In this document: positions 1-10,224 of the stretch, in pieces | How the letters are laid out: each line of letters begins with the position of its first letter | Position numbering within the stretch: position 1 is the first letter of the stretch | Assembly: GCA_965204535.1 (NCBI GenBank) | Contig: CBDBEV010000001.1 | Span: forward strand, 1,024,001-1,088,000 | Reading direction: 5' to 3' | Source of the DNA: a bacterium | GTDB taxonomy: Bacteria; UBA8248 | Length of the DNA stretch: 64,000 nucleotides | The notes under the pieces: generated by a model | The model's database searches: none | Told to the model about the DNA's origin: nothing | The model's input: the letters and a program-made list of their open reading frames with translations, nothing else | Translations under genes and position numbers: made by a program

Positions 1-1
1 G

Positions 2-1036
2 CCCGCGTATGCGGATTCCGCCTTCATGCGCGCCTGCCGGGGACTTCCCAACGCGAGGACGCCCGTCTGGCTCATGCGTCAGGCGGGCAGGTACATGCGC
101 GAGTACCGCGCCGTTCGCGAGAAGGTTTCCTTCATCGAGCTTTGCCGCACGCCCGATCTGGCCGCCGAGGTCGCCGTCACGGCCCTCGACGCCATCGGGG
201 CGGACGCCGCCATCCTGTTCTCGGACATTCTGCTCATCTTACAGCCCATGGGCATGGACCTGGAATACCTGGAGGGAGGCCCCGTTCTCCACAACCCGGT
301 CCGGGAGGCTTCGGACGTGGAGGGGTTGAGAGAGTCGGAGCCGCGGGAAAGTCTCGCCTTCGTGTACGAGGCGGTCCGTAAGACCAGGGCGCAGATGAAT
401 CCCGCCCTTCCGCTCATCGGCTTTTGCGGCGCGCCCTTCACGCTGGCGTCTTATATGATCGAAGGCGGCGGCTCGCGCAATTTCGAGAACACGAAAAAGT
501 TCATGTATGCCGATTCGGGCGCGTGGCATGCGCTAATGGAAAAGCTCGTGCGGGGGCTGATCATCTACCTGAACGAACAGATTCGCGCGGGCGCGCAGGC
601 GGTGCAGATTTTCGACAGCTGGGTGGGGTGCCTCTCGCCCGCTGATTTCCGGGAGTTCGTCCTGCCGCACAGCCGCGCGCTGATCGCGGGAATCGAAAAG
701 GGCGCGCCCGTCATCCACTTCGGCACGGGAACCGCGCCCTATCTGGAAGCGTTCGCGGGAGCGGGCGGCGACGTGGCGGGGGTGGATTTCCGCGTGGAAC
801 TGGCCGACGCCAGAGAGCGTCTGGGCGATATGGGGGTGCAGGGGAACCTCGACCCGTGCGTCCTGTTCGCGGCGCCTGAGCGTATCTATGAGCGGGCGGA
901 GGCCATCCTGCGTCAGGGGGCTGTGTGTCCGGGCCACATATTCAACTTGGGACACGGGATTCTGCCGGGCACGCCGATCGACAACGTCAAGAGACTCATC
1001 GGGTTCGTTCAGGAATGGGAAGCGGAGGCCGAATGA
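2..1036 (+). CDS. hemE: Uroporphyrinogen decarboxylase (5'-truncated by window edge)
   Basis: PVWLMRQAGRY, AILFSDIL, QIFDSW and HIFNLGHGI motifs; frame is open upstream of ATG 26. Confidence 0.97.
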   Translation, partial: PAYADSAFMRACRGLPNARTPVWLMRQAGRYMREYRAVREKVSFIELCRTPDLAAEVAVTALDAIGADAAILFSDILLILQPMGMDLEYLEGGPVLHNPVREASDVEGLRESEPRESLAFVYEAVRKTRAQMNPALPLIGFCGAPFTLASYMIEGGGSRNFENTKKFMYADSGAWHALMEKLVRGLIIYLNEQIRAGAQAVQIFDSWVGCLSPADFREFVLPHSRALIAGIEKGAPVIHFGTGTAPYLEAFAGAGGDVAGVDFRVELADARERLGDMGVQGNLDPCVLFAAPERIYERAEAILRQGAVCPGHIFNLGHGILPGTPIDNVKRLIGFVQEWEAEAE

Positions 1037-1998
1037 GGGGCGCGTTCGATTCCATTATCATGATCGGCTTCGGCGGCCCCACGCGGGGCTGCTGTCGCCG
1101 CTACGAGGAATGCCCGGGCGAGGCGTATTGCTACGTGGAGGGCATCGTGGGACAGAGGTCGGGCGGCCCCGAGCGCATAAGAGAGGTGGCCGCGCACTAT
1201 GAATACTTCGGCGGCGTATCGCCCTTCACGTTTTTCTCTCAGAAACAGGCGGGCGCGCTCGAGATGGCGCTCGAACGAGCGGGCTTAGGGATTCCCGTCT
1301 ATACGGGCTATCGCTTCTGGACGCCCTACGTGAAGGAGACGCTGGCCGAGATGGGGGGGCGCGGGCTCAGGCGCGCCCTGGGCGTCATATTGGCCCCTCA
1401 TCGTACGAAAATAAGCTGGGAGGCTTATCGGGGCGCCGTCGCCTCGGCGCGCGAGGAGTTGGGCGAAGATGCGCCCGAAGTCGAATTTCTCGAAAAGCCC
1501 TGGCACGAGCATCCGGGCTTCATCGACGCCGTCGCCGAGCGAATGAGGCAAGCCCTCCCCGAAGAGGACGGCCTGGATGTGGCGAGAGTCATCTTTACGG
1601 CCCACTCCATACCCGTTTCCATGGCGAAAGCCTCTTCTTATGAGGAGGAATTCCGGGAAACGGCGGCTCTCGTGGCGCAAAAACTGGGTCTTGAGAGCTA
1701 CGAGGTTGGCTTTCAGAGCAGCCCGGACGTTCCTCCCGGCACCTGGCTCGGCCCGGACGTGACGGAGGTGATCGGAAGCGTCGCCGCCGCCGGTGGCGCA
1801 AAGGCCGTTCTGCTCGCGCCCGTCGGTTTCATATGCGACCACGTGGAGGTGCTCTTCGACTTGGACATCGAGGCGCGCGAAGCGGCCGAAGCGGCGGGGC
1901 TTCGCTTCTACCGTGCGCCCACGGTGGGCACGCACCCCGCCTTCATCGGGATGCTCTCGAACCTGGTGCGCGCGAAGATGGCGGAGAGCGGAAGTTGA
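1033..1998 (+). CDS. hemH: Ferrochelatase (probably coproporphyrin ferrochelatase), with N-terminal Cys-rich insert
   Basis: GFGGP, FTAHSIP and PVGFICDHVEVLFDLD motifs; ATGA overlap with hemE stop. Confidence 0.93.
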   Translation: MRGAFDSIIMIGFGGPTRGCCRRYEECPGEAYCYVEGIVGQRSGGPERIREVAAHYEYFGGVSPFTFFSQKQAGALEMALERAGLGIPVYTGYRFWTPYVKETLAEMGGRGLRRALGVILAPHRTKISWEAYRGAVASAREELGEDAPEVEFLEKPWHEHPGFIDAVAERMRQALPEEDGLDVARVIFTAHSIPVSMAKASSYEEEFRETAALVAQKLGLESYEVGFQSSPDVPPGTWLGPDVTEVIGSVAAAGGAKAVLLAPVGFICDHVEVLFDLDIEAREAAEAAGLRFYRAPTVGTHPAFIGMLSNLVRAKMAESGS

Positions 1999-3431
1999 CC
2001 GCAAAAACCCGGCGGGTGGTCGTGCTTGGCGGGGGGGTGACGGGGCTTGTCGCCTGCTACCGGCTCCTTGAGGCCTCGAAGGCGCAGAATCTCTCTCTGG
2101 ATATTCATCTCATAGAAGCGTCTCACAGGCTCGGCGGCGTTATCGAGACCGAATTCTCAGACGGTGTCCTGATGGAAAAAGGCCCGGACTGTTTTCTCAC
2201 CTCGAAGCCTGAGGGCGTCGAACTCTGCGAAGAGTTGGGGCTCGGAAGTCAACTCATCGGCACGAACGAGCGCCATCGCCGCAGCTTCGTCCTGAGGGGC
2301 GACGAACTGCTCCCCGTGCCCCAGGGATATTACCTTCTCGCGCCATACCAAATCGGTCCGTTCTTGATGAGTCCCGTCTTCAGCCCGCTCGGCAAGCTAC
2401 GGATGGCGATGGACGTTCTCCTGCCCAGAAGAGGCGGAGATGCGGATGAGTCCCTCGCCGATTTCGTGCGCAGGCGCTTCGGGCGCGAGGCGTTAGAGCG
2501 GATGGCGCAGCCCATGGTGGCGGGCATCTATTCGGCCGACCCCGAAAGCTTGAGCCTGAAGGCCACCATGCCGCAGTTCCACGAGATAGAGCGCGAGCAC
2601 AGGAGCCTCATCCTGGGACTCAGAAAGCGGATGCAAAAACGAGGAACTGACGAAGGAGTATCGGCGAGCGGGCCGAGGTACGGCCTGTTCGTGAGTTTCG
2701 CGCGAGGGATGGGCGCCTTGGCAGACGCTCTGGCGGAGAAGATTTCAGGCGCTTCCGTTCGAACGGGATGCCGGGCGGAATTGATCGAGAAAAAAGAACA
2801 GGGTTGGCGCGTTCGTCTTGAGGACGGGGAGGGGGTGGACGCCGCTGCGGTCTGCGTCACCCTGCCGCCTCGCGCGGCGGCGCGGATGCTGGAGAAAGCC
2901 ACACCCGGTATTTCGGCAGAGTTGATGAGCATCCCGAGCGGTTCTCTGGCGACGCTCAACCTCGTCTACCGGGCCGGGCAGGTGGCGAATCCACTCCATG
3001 CGATGGGTTTCGTCGTACCGGCGATAGAGAACAAGACGCTCCTTGCGTGCTCATTTTCGAGCACCAAGTTCGCGGGCAGAGCCCCCGAGGGCAAGGTGCT
3101 CATCCGCGCCTTCGCGGGAGGGGAGGCCGCCTCCCGGGCCGGGCTTTCGGATGAGGAACTCACCCGGAACCTGATCACTGAGCTTCACCCGATTCTGGGG
3201 ATTTCGGGAGAACCCGAAGGAAAAGTCTTTTATCGCTACGAGGAATCCCTGCCGCATTATCTGGTGGGCCACTTGGAGAAAGTAGGCAGAATAGAGGATG
3301 GACTGAGCGCAACGCCGGGTCTCGCTCTCGCCGGCAACGCCTACCGGGGAGTCGGGATTCCCGATTGCGTGAAATCTGCGGGTGATGCGGCGGAGAAGAT
3401 TTTAGGCGATTTGCGGGCTATCAATTCCTGA
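1995..3431 (+). CDS. hemY: Protoporphyrinogen/coproporphyrinogen oxidase, HemY family
   Basis: GGGVTGL FAD motif, EKGPDCF, AGNAYRGVGIPDC; TTG start overlaps hemH stop. Confidence 0.93.
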   Translation: MTAKTRRVVVLGGGVTGLVACYRLLEASKAQNLSLDIHLIEASHRLGGVIETEFSDGVLMEKGPDCFLTSKPEGVELCEELGLGSQLIGTNERHRRSFVLRGDELLPVPQGYYLLAPYQIGPFLMSPVFSPLGKLRMAMDVLLPRRGGDADESLADFVRRRFGREALERMAQPMVAGIYSADPESLSLKATMPQFHEIEREHRSLILGLRKRMQKRGTDEGVSASGPRYGLFVSFARGMGALADALAEKISGASVRTGCRAELIEKKEQGWRVRLEDGEGVDAAAVCVTLPPRAAARMLEKATPGISAELMSIPSGSLATLNLVYRAGQVANPLHAMGFVVPAIENKTLLACSFSSTKFAGRAPEGKVLIRAFAGGEAASRAGLSDEELTRNLITELHPILGISGEPEGKVFYRYEESLPHYLVGHLEKVGRIEDGLSATPGLALAGNAYRGVGIPDCVKSAGDAAEKILGDLRAINS

Positions 3432-3556
3432 GGAAAAAGAAGAGAATAGAGACGGGGCGCGTCCGTGGTCTCGTTTTGTTTGACCCGGCGCGGCGGCATT
3501 TGGTATCAACACCTGCTTGCGTTTTTTTGGTTTTCGGTCCTGACGGAGACGTTTCG

Positions 3557-4057
3557 ATGTTCGACGACGACATGCAGCGCGATTTCCACAGGCAGGTGAG
3601 CGAGGAGATACGCATCCTCCAGCGGCCTTACGTGGGCATCGTCTCGGGCTATCACGAACTCGGCTACCGGGTGCTGGGGCCGGAGGTGGAAGAGCAGGCG
3701 GGTTCGGTCCAGATATCCGGCAAGCTGCTGGTGTCTCCCAAGCTGGTGTGGACGCCCGCCGAGGCGCAGAAGACGTTCGGCGAGATTTTCGAGGATTCCG
3801 AGATGATGGATTCCGACCTCATCGGCCGCGTGTTCGCGTTCCCCGCCGTGGCGGCGGGCAATTTCAACATCGAGAACGAGCACCTCAAGATCACCCACCA
3901 CGAGTGGAGCCCGGAGGTCCTGGTGGAAAAGGTGCTGAACGAACTCGCGCGTCTGGAGACCACGGACACCGCCGTCGTCCGCACGCCGGACATCCGGTTC
4001 TACCCCCTGGCCGTTCAGCGGTTCATCCACGAAATCCTGAAAGAGGAATTTTCCTGA
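3557..4057 (+). CDS. Hypothetical protein
   Basis: 166-aa ORF with host-like codon usage and GGAG RBS; no family recognised. Confidence 0.7.
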   Translation: MFDDDMQRDFHRQVSEEIRILQRPYVGIVSGYHELGYRVLGPEVEEQAGSVQISGKLLVSPKLVWTPAEAQKTFGEIFEDSEMMDSDLIGRVFAFPAVAAGNFNIENEHLKITHHEWSPEVLVEKVLNELARLETTDTAVVRTPDIRFYPLAVQRFIHEILKEEFS

Positions 4058-4060
4058 TCC

Positions 4061-4635
4061 GGGGCCGTTGAAAAAGTCCTGATGAGGGAGAGGTTTGTTC
4101 CGTAGTGGGCCGTTCTCGTGAACGGCCCTTGCCGGAGAAACGGGCGCTTCACGAAGCGCCCCTACGACACCCTTCCGGAGAGATCACAACACCCGTCATT
4201 CCGGCGAAAGCCGGAATCCAGAGCCGATGCGAATACCTGGGGCCGAGGGAAACCCGCCGCCCGTATCGGACGCCGCATTTTCGCCTTCTTCCACTCCCGT
4301 CCGCCTGGATTCCGGCATGCGCCGGAATGACGAACGAAACCGCAAGGGCTGTAGGGACAGGCCCCCGTGCCTGTCCGATGCCCTGTTCTGCAAGAGACGA
4401 CCACAGGGGACAGGGCGGGCACAGTCGAACTTCCCGAAGAGGGAAGTTCGACGCCCCTACAAACCCTCCCTCTCCGGCCGGCTCCATGCGCAGAACCACG
4501 AAATCAGGCCTTTTCCAACAGCCCCTTGACGGGAAGATGAAAAGCCGGCGTATTGTCATTCCGCTTGAAAATGGATTCCGGCTTTCGCCGGAATGACGGC
4601 AATCTCGGCTTTGCCGGGCTTTTTCAGCAGCTCCC
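4061..4635. repeat. REP/REPIN mosaic within IS1182-like inverted ends (MITE-like)
   Basis: GGGGCCGTTGAAAAAG (4061) ... CTTTTCCAACAGCCCC (4525); contains GTAG-type and CGTCATTCCGGC...GCCGGAATGACG palindromes that recur elsewhere in the window. Confidence 0.8.
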
Positions 4636-4692
4636 TCTTGATCCGGGTTCCCCGTCCGGGGCGCGATGCCGGTGTTCTCTGCTTTTTCCGTT

Positions 4693-5298
4693 CTAGGATG
4701 TTGGGATGGGGAACACGCGCACGGCGCCCGGGTATTCGGGGCAGTGCTGCTCGCAGGTGCCGCAGCCCACGCAGGTCTCGCCGATGACGGGGCCTTTCCC
4801 GTCCTCGCGCTCCTCGATGCGAATCGCGCTCTCGCCGATGGGGCAGCGCGTCGCGCAGAAGTTGCATTCCTCATCCGTCCCGTTCCAGGCGTAGCACGTC
4901 TCGAGGTTCACTTCCGCCAGGCCGACCCGGATCTCCTCGCGGGGGACGAGGGTGAGCGCGCCCGTGGGGCAGACCTTCATGCAGGAGAGGTCGTCGCAGA
5001 CTACGCAGGCCCCGTCCACGGGGATGATGCGGGGCGCCTCCATGCCCGAGCCGTCCTCGCGGGGGAGCATGAGGATGGCGTCTGCCGGGCACGCGAGCGC
5101 GCACTGCGCACTGCCCGTGCAGAGGTCGAGAAACTCGGCTTCCGCCGCCGCGCCCGGCGGGCGCAGGACGGGTCCTTCGAGGTTCGAGGGCTGGATTCTC
5201 GTTTCCCCCTGGTGCACCCCCTGCATGAAAGCGCGCATGAAGGAGAGGGGGCCTTCTTTGAAGAACGCCTTGCGGTCGATTTGCTTGTCTTCGGCCAT
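4693..5298 (-). CDS. NapG/NapF/MauM-like 4Fe-4S ferredoxin-type protein
   Basis: LRPPGA motif; CxxCxxxxCxxxCP and CxxCxxCxxxCP clusters. Confidence 0.85.
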   Translation of the reverse strand: MAEDKQIDRKAFFKEGPLSFMRAFMQGVHQGETRIQPSNLEGPVLRPPGAAAEAEFLDLCTGSAQCALACPADAILMLPREDGSGMEAPRIIPVDGACVVCDDLSCMKVCPTGALTLVPREEIRVGLAEVNLETCYAWNGTDEECNFCATRCPIGESAIRIEEREDGKGPVIGETCVGCGTCEQHCPEYPGAVRVFPIPTS

Positions 5299-5403
5299 TT
5301 GCTCAAGACCTCTCAAGTCTTGCTTCGCGTCCGATAGTGTGCGACAAGGCGAGTATACAAGACTGTCGCGTTTTCGCATCCCCTCATTTGAAGGAGAACC
5401 TCT

Positions 5404-6669
5404 TTGTCCGGGGATACCGCCACACAGAAAATCCTGGCCCGCGCCAGCGGGCGCGAGCGCGTGGACGTGGGCGACATCGTATGGGCCAAGGTCGACGCCC
5501 ACGTCATGCACGACAACCAGGGGCCGTTCCGCATGGGGAAGGATTTCGCCGAACTGGGCCTTCCCATCTGGAACAAGGATCGCTTCATGCTCACGGCCGA
5601 CCACCACAACCCGCCCACCGGCGACTCGCAGTCGAAGGTGCTGAACGTCACCAGAGCCTGGGCGGCCGAGCAGGAACTCTCCCATTTCTACGACGCCGAG
5701 GGCATCTGCCACATCCTCATGGCGGAGAAGGGCTTCGTGCGTCCGGGCGTTCTCGTCACCGGCACGGACAGCCACACCACCAACACCGGCGCGCTGGGGG
5801 CGCTGGGCGTGGCCATCGGCCCGACGGAGAGCATCGGCGTGCTCGCCAAGGGGGAGGTCTGGCTACGCGTGCCCGAGACGATACGGGTCCACTTCAAGGG
5901 CCGGGTTCCCGCCGGGATTTACGGCAAGGACATGGCGCTGCTCGCGCTCAAGGACCTCAAGGTCGACGGGGCGGAGTATAAAGTGCTCCAGTTCGAGGGC
6001 GAGGCGCTCATGGCGCTACCCGTCGAGGATCGCATGACGCTCTCCAACATGGCGGCAGAGTTCAGCGCCAAAAGCTCCATCATCGACGTGGACGAGGCGA
6101 CGGCGGAATATCTCAAAAACGCAGGCGTGGAAGACGGCTGGGAGGCCGTGCGCTCGGACGCGGATGCGACTTACTTTTCCTCCTACGATTACGACGTGGC
6201 GGATCTGTCGCCCCAGGTGGCGTGTCCCCACAGGATGGACAACGTATACCCGGTCGAGGAGGTGGACTCGCCGCCTCTCCATCGCGCGCACATCGGTTCG
6301 TGCACGGGGGCGAAGCTCCTCGACCTGCAGGCGGCGGCGGCGGTTTTGAAGGGCAGGCGGGTCGCCCACGGGCTTCAGCTGCTCATCGCGCCCGCCAGCA
6401 AAGACATCATGAGCAAGGCCATGGCGGACGGGACACTCGGCGCGCTCATCGACGCGGGCGGCGTGCTCCTGCCCACCACCTGCGGGGTATGCGCGGGCCG
6501 GGGGCCGGGACAACTCGGGGACGGGGAGGTGTGCATCTCCTCGGCCAACCGCAACTACAAGGGACGCATGGGCAGCGCCGAGGCGTCGATATACCTGGCC
6601 TCGGCCGCCACGGTGGCGGCGAGCGCCATCAAGGGCCGCGTGGCGGACCCGAGGGAGTTCATCTCATGA
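5404..6669 (+). CDS. Aconitase-family hydro-lyase large subunit (LeuC/HacA/DmdA-like)
   Basis: DSHT, IGSCT, CGVC and NRNYKGRMG motifs. Confidence 0.92.
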   Translation: MSGDTATQKILARASGRERVDVGDIVWAKVDAHVMHDNQGPFRMGKDFAELGLPIWNKDRFMLTADHHNPPTGDSQSKVLNVTRAWAAEQELSHFYDAEGICHILMAEKGFVRPGVLVTGTDSHTTNTGALGALGVAIGPTESIGVLAKGEVWLRVPETIRVHFKGRVPAGIYGKDMALLALKDLKVDGAEYKVLQFEGEALMALPVEDRMTLSNMAAEFSAKSSIIDVDEATAEYLKNAGVEDGWEAVRSDADATYFSSYDYDVADLSPQVACPHRMDNVYPVEEVDSPPLHRAHIGSCTGAKLLDLQAAAAVLKGRRVAHGLQLLIAPASKDIMSKAMADGTLGALIDAGGVLLPTTCGVCAGRGPGQLGDGEVCISSANRNYKGRMGSAEASIYLASAATVAASAIKGRVADPREFIS

Positions 6670-7166
6670 GGGGCGAGAAGCAAACCATCGAGGGCGGCGC
6701 CTGGGTGTTCGGCGACAACGTGGATACGGGCTACATCATGCCGTCCAAATACGCGAGCCTGCCGGATGAAGAACTGGCCGCGCACGCCATGGAGGGCATC
6801 GACCCCGATTTCCCCAAAAACGTGCAGGCGGGCGACGTCATCATCGGCGGGCGGAACTTCGGCTGCGGCTCGAGCCGCGAGACGGCCCCGCGCGGCATCA
6901 AGGGCGCGGGCGTGGGCGCCGTCATCGCGCGGACGTTCGCGCGGAATTTTTTCCGGAATTCTCTTTGTATCGGGCTGCCCGTGCTCATCTGCGCCGATGC
7001 GGAATCGATAGAACAGGGCGACCGCGTCCGCGTCGACCCCATCGCGGGCAGGGTCGAGAACCTCACCAGGGGCGAGACGCTGCAAGCCGAACCCCTGCCC
7101 GATCACATCATGGACATGGTGAAGGCGGGCGGCCTCGTGCCCTACCTCAAGCAAACGCTGACGTAA
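6666..7166 (+). CDS. Aconitase-family small subunit (LeuD/HacB-like)
   Basis: GDNVDT and GRNFGCGSSRE motifs; ATGA overlap with large subunit. Confidence 0.92.
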   Translation: MRGEKQTIEGGAWVFGDNVDTGYIMPSKYASLPDEELAAHAMEGIDPDFPKNVQAGDVIIGGRNFGCGSSRETAPRGIKGAGVGAVIARTFARNFFRNSLCIGLPVLICADAESIEQGDRVRVDPIAGRVENLTRGETLQAEPLPDHIMDMVKAGGLVPYLKQTLT

Positions 7167-7283
7167 GGCGCAATCCCTATGGCGAGGAGTTTCTAGGTCG
7201 CTAAGCAGGATTTGTGAATTCTAATTTATAATTTTTTCTTAATTTTGGGCATGCGCCCCGAAGAGGGCATTCCATATTTGTAA

Positions 7284-7733
7284 TTACGATCTCTTCATAA
7301 AATCATATGTAATGTTGAAGCAAAGTAAGGTATTTGCAACAAACATAATTAACGCTGCTGTATACGGTGAAATGTCATTTGTGAGAACCAAGAAAACAGG
7401 AGCAATACTAAAAGCTGGCAAAAGCCCTTTAGCAATCCAGCCAGCCAATCCGCGTATTAGAATTTTCTTTTTTATTTCTTGAGGCAATTTTTCTAATTTG
7501 CGTAGAGATGCAAAGAAACTGCAATAAATAGCGATGTTTGATGTAATAATTATTAAACTGCCAATTCCGCTCATGGTGCGGAAAAAAATTGTTGTCAATC
7601 CAATAATGATAAAAAACGCCATGCAAAACCGGAATCCGCGCCCATGCGTTTTTATTGTCTCTACGCCCTTCCTGTCATCCTCTTCTTCGCACCAATTTTT
7701 CTCTGCGTACGGATTGATATGTTCCATGCCCAT
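7284..7733 (-). CDS. AT-rich hypothetical membrane protein (about 4 TM)
   Basis: Open frame across a sharply AT-rich patch, with hydrophobic segments. Confidence 0.55.
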   Translation of the reverse strand: MGMEHINPYAEKNWCEEEDDRKGVETIKTHGRGFRFCMAFFIIIGLTTIFFRTMSGIGSLIIITSNIAIYCSFFASLRKLEKLPQEIKKKILIRGLAGWIAKGLLPAFSIAPVFLVLTNDISPYTAALIMFVANTLLCFNITYDFMKRS

Positions 7734-7818
7734 AGAAAAATAAGCCTCTTGCTGAAGAGAAATCGCAATTATTTTTAGTCTACGCCGAGCGGGCCGCGTC
7801 GCTCATCTTGTCATGGCC

Positions 7819-8661
7819 CTACGGCGCGACGACGGTGCTCCTGAGCACGCCGATGTTCTCAATCTCGCACTCCACCACGTCGCCCACGTTCAAAAGCCCC
7901 GGCGGGTCCATGGCGAAGCCCACGCCCTCGGGCGTGCCGGTGGCGATCATGTCGCCGGGTACGAGCGTGAAGCTCTCGGACAGCACCGAGACGACAGTGG
8001 CGATATCGAAGATCATGTCGTTCGTGTTCGAGCTCTGCCGCGTCCGGCCGTTCACGCGCGTGATGACGGCCAGATTGTTCCCGTCGCCCGCCTCGTCCTT
8101 GGTGACAATCCAGGGGCCCAAGGGGCCGAAGCTGTCGAGCGCCTTGCCCTTGAACCACTGGTTGTGGGCGCGCTGCACGTCCCGCGCCGATACCTCGTTC
8201 ATGATGGTGTAGCCGTATACGTGATCCATGGCTTCTTCGACGGAGATGTTGATTCCCTCCTTGCCGATCACGATGACGAGTTCGCACTCATAATCGAGTT
8301 CGTTCACGTTCCCGTGCATGATGATCTCCCCGTCGGGCCTGTTGTGCGAACCCGGCCACTTGCAGAAGAACACCGGAATCTCGGGGTAGACGCCCACCGG
8401 GCGCCCGTATTTGCGCGCGCCCTCATCGGCGTGTTTCTTGTAGTTGAGGCCCACGGCGATGACGGGCCGCGCAAGTTTCGCCACCGGCGCGAGCATCTTG
8501 ATGGATTCGAACGCCACCGGCTCGCCGTTGGTCTCGGGCGTCCCGCCCCGGGCGATGACTTCCGCCGCGTCGCCCGTTTTGGGGACGACGTCCTCCACGC
8601 CGTTTTCCGTCAATACGGCGACGCGGGGGCCCGTATCCGATTCATAAGTCAAAAGTTTCAT
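7819..8661 (-). CDS. Fumarylacetoacetate hydrolase family protein
   Basis: GLNYKKH, DYECEL, WFKGKALD and GDMIATGTP motifs. Confidence 0.92.
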   Translation of the reverse strand: MKLLTYESDTGPRVAVLTENGVEDVVPKTGDAAEVIARGGTPETNGEPVAFESIKMLAPVAKLARPVIAVGLNYKKHADEGARKYGRPVGVYPEIPVFFCKWPGSHNRPDGEIIMHGNVNELDYECELVIVIGKEGINISVEEAMDHVYGYTIMNEVSARDVQRAHNQWFKGKALDSFGPLGPWIVTKDEAGDGNNLAVITRVNGRTRQSSNTNDMIFDIATVVSVLSESFTLVPGDMIATGTPEGVGFAMDPPGLLNVGDVVECEIENIGVLRSTVVAP

Positions 8662-8706
8662 TTTTTCTCCCCGTTATCATGAAAATTGGGAATGGAAATT
8701 GGAATT

Positions 8707-9492
8707 TCAGCCTGCGAGTTCCCGAATCATGCTCGCCTGCGACTTGGCGCCTGCGATCATGAAGTTCAAATCGCTGCCCGAGAGGATGAAGCGCATCCCC
8801 TCCTTGATTCTGCGCTCGATCATCTGCGGGTCGTAGGACCCGCCCATGCCGGCTATCTTGCCGTGCTTCTTACAGGCGGCGTTCACCTGGTCATACACCT
8901 TGTTGACTTTGGGATGATCGTGCTGGCCGACGATTCCCATCCCCAGGCTCAGGTCGTTCGTGCCGATGAGCAGCACGTCGATTCCATCCACGGCGGCGAT
9001 GGCGTCCGCCTCCTCACCTGCTTCGGGCGTCTCGATCATGGCGACGAGCAGCGTCTCGTCGTTGATGCCGCTTAGAAGCGCCATCGGGTCCATGGCCTCG
9101 AAACGGCCGTGGGCCAGCCCGCCGCCCGCACTGCGTCCACCCTCGGGCGGGAATTTGCAGATTTTCACGAATTCGGCGGCCTCTTGCGCGTTGTTCACGT
9201 GCGGCAGGACGATGCCCTGCGCACCTGAGTCCAGAATGCGCGTGCTCAGGTGCGGGTCGAGCGACGCCACGCGCACGAGCGGCGTGATGCCCTGCGTCAG
9301 GGCGGCGATGGAAATCTGCTGCGCGGTTTCCAGATCGAAGGGTCCGTGTTCGAGATCGATGAAGAGCCAGTCGAAGCCGGCCGCCTTCATGGCGAGGCCG
9401 ACCTCCACCGTTCGCGCCATGCGCACGCCCGCGCCCAGGGTGACCTCTCCGGCGTAGGATTTTCTTTTCGTCTCGTTCGTGATGATGGGCAA
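8707..9492 (-). CDS. HpcH/HpaI aldolase family protein
   Basis: GFDWLFIDLEH, MIET and LLIGTNDL motifs; TTG start chosen from GGAGG RBS. Confidence 0.9.
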   Translation of the reverse strand: MPIITNETKRKSYAGEVTLGAGVRMARTVEVGLAMKAAGFDWLFIDLEHGPFDLETAQQISIAALTQGITPLVRVASLDPHLSTRILDSGAQGIVLPHVNNAQEAAEFVKICKFPPEGGRSAGGGLAHGRFEAMDPMALLSGINDETLLVAMIETPEAGEEADAIAAVDGIDVLLIGTNDLSLGMGIVGQHDHPKVNKVYDQVNAACKKHGKIAGMGGSYDPQMIERRIKEGMRFILSGSDLNFMIAGAKSQASMIRELAG

Positions 9493-9720
9493 GGCGAAGA
9501 CCTCCATTCGAGGAAAAACATCTGAAATTGCGGAATCGACCGATATGGGTTCCCGTGCCCTCATGGAATACTCCACTTGGGCCATCTCGGCAAGGGCGGC
9601 GGGAGATCGGCCATGAGGAGGGGCCGCTCATGGCGATGACGCCGGCGGGTGGATCGCGTATCCTCGAACCAAACGCTGAGCCGCTTTCGTTTATCGGGTC
9701 ATACTCTCGGGAGGCCTTTG

Positions 9721-10224
9721 ATGATTCGTTCCATCCGTTTGCAGCATATCGGGATCAAGGTGCGCGATCTGGATCGCGCGATAAAATTCTACTCCGAAGT
9801 CCTGGGCTTCAAGCTGCGCTCGCGCCACGAGGCGGGCAGCCACCCGGCGGCGCCGTTCGCCTCGGCGTTCATGTATCTGGACGACTACCACCATCAACTG
9901 GCGATTTTCAGCGTGCCCGAGGACTGGGTGGAAGAAGAAGGCGGGGACACCGTGCCGCGCCATGACGTGGGACTTCACCACCTCGCGTTCGAGGTGGCGG
10001 ATCAGGGGGCGTTCGACGACGCGGTGGCCTACATCCGCTCGCGCCCCGACATCGAGGTCGTCTGGGGCCCCTTGCGCCTCGATGAGAGTAACGGCCTCTG
10101 GGGCGGACACGAGGGCATATATTTCCTGGACCCCGACGGCAACCGCATCGAGGTGTTCCACGATTCGGATATGTTCCCCGGCAGCCGGCCCGCCTGGCGG
10201 GACGCGCGGGAGGATGAATGCTGA
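9721..10224 (+). CDS. VOC/glyoxalase-extradiol dioxygenase family protein
   Basis: LQHIGIKVRD, GLHHLAF and YFLDPDGNRIE motifs. Confidence 0.88.
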   Translation: MIRSIRLQHIGIKVRDLDRAIKFYSEVLGFKLRSRHEAGSHPAAPFASAFMYLDDYHHQLAIFSVPEDWVEEEGGDTVPRHDVGLHHLAFEVADQGAFDDAVAYIRSRPDIEVVWGPLRLDESNGLWGGHEGIYFLDPDGNRIEVFHDSDMFPGSRPAWRDAREDEC

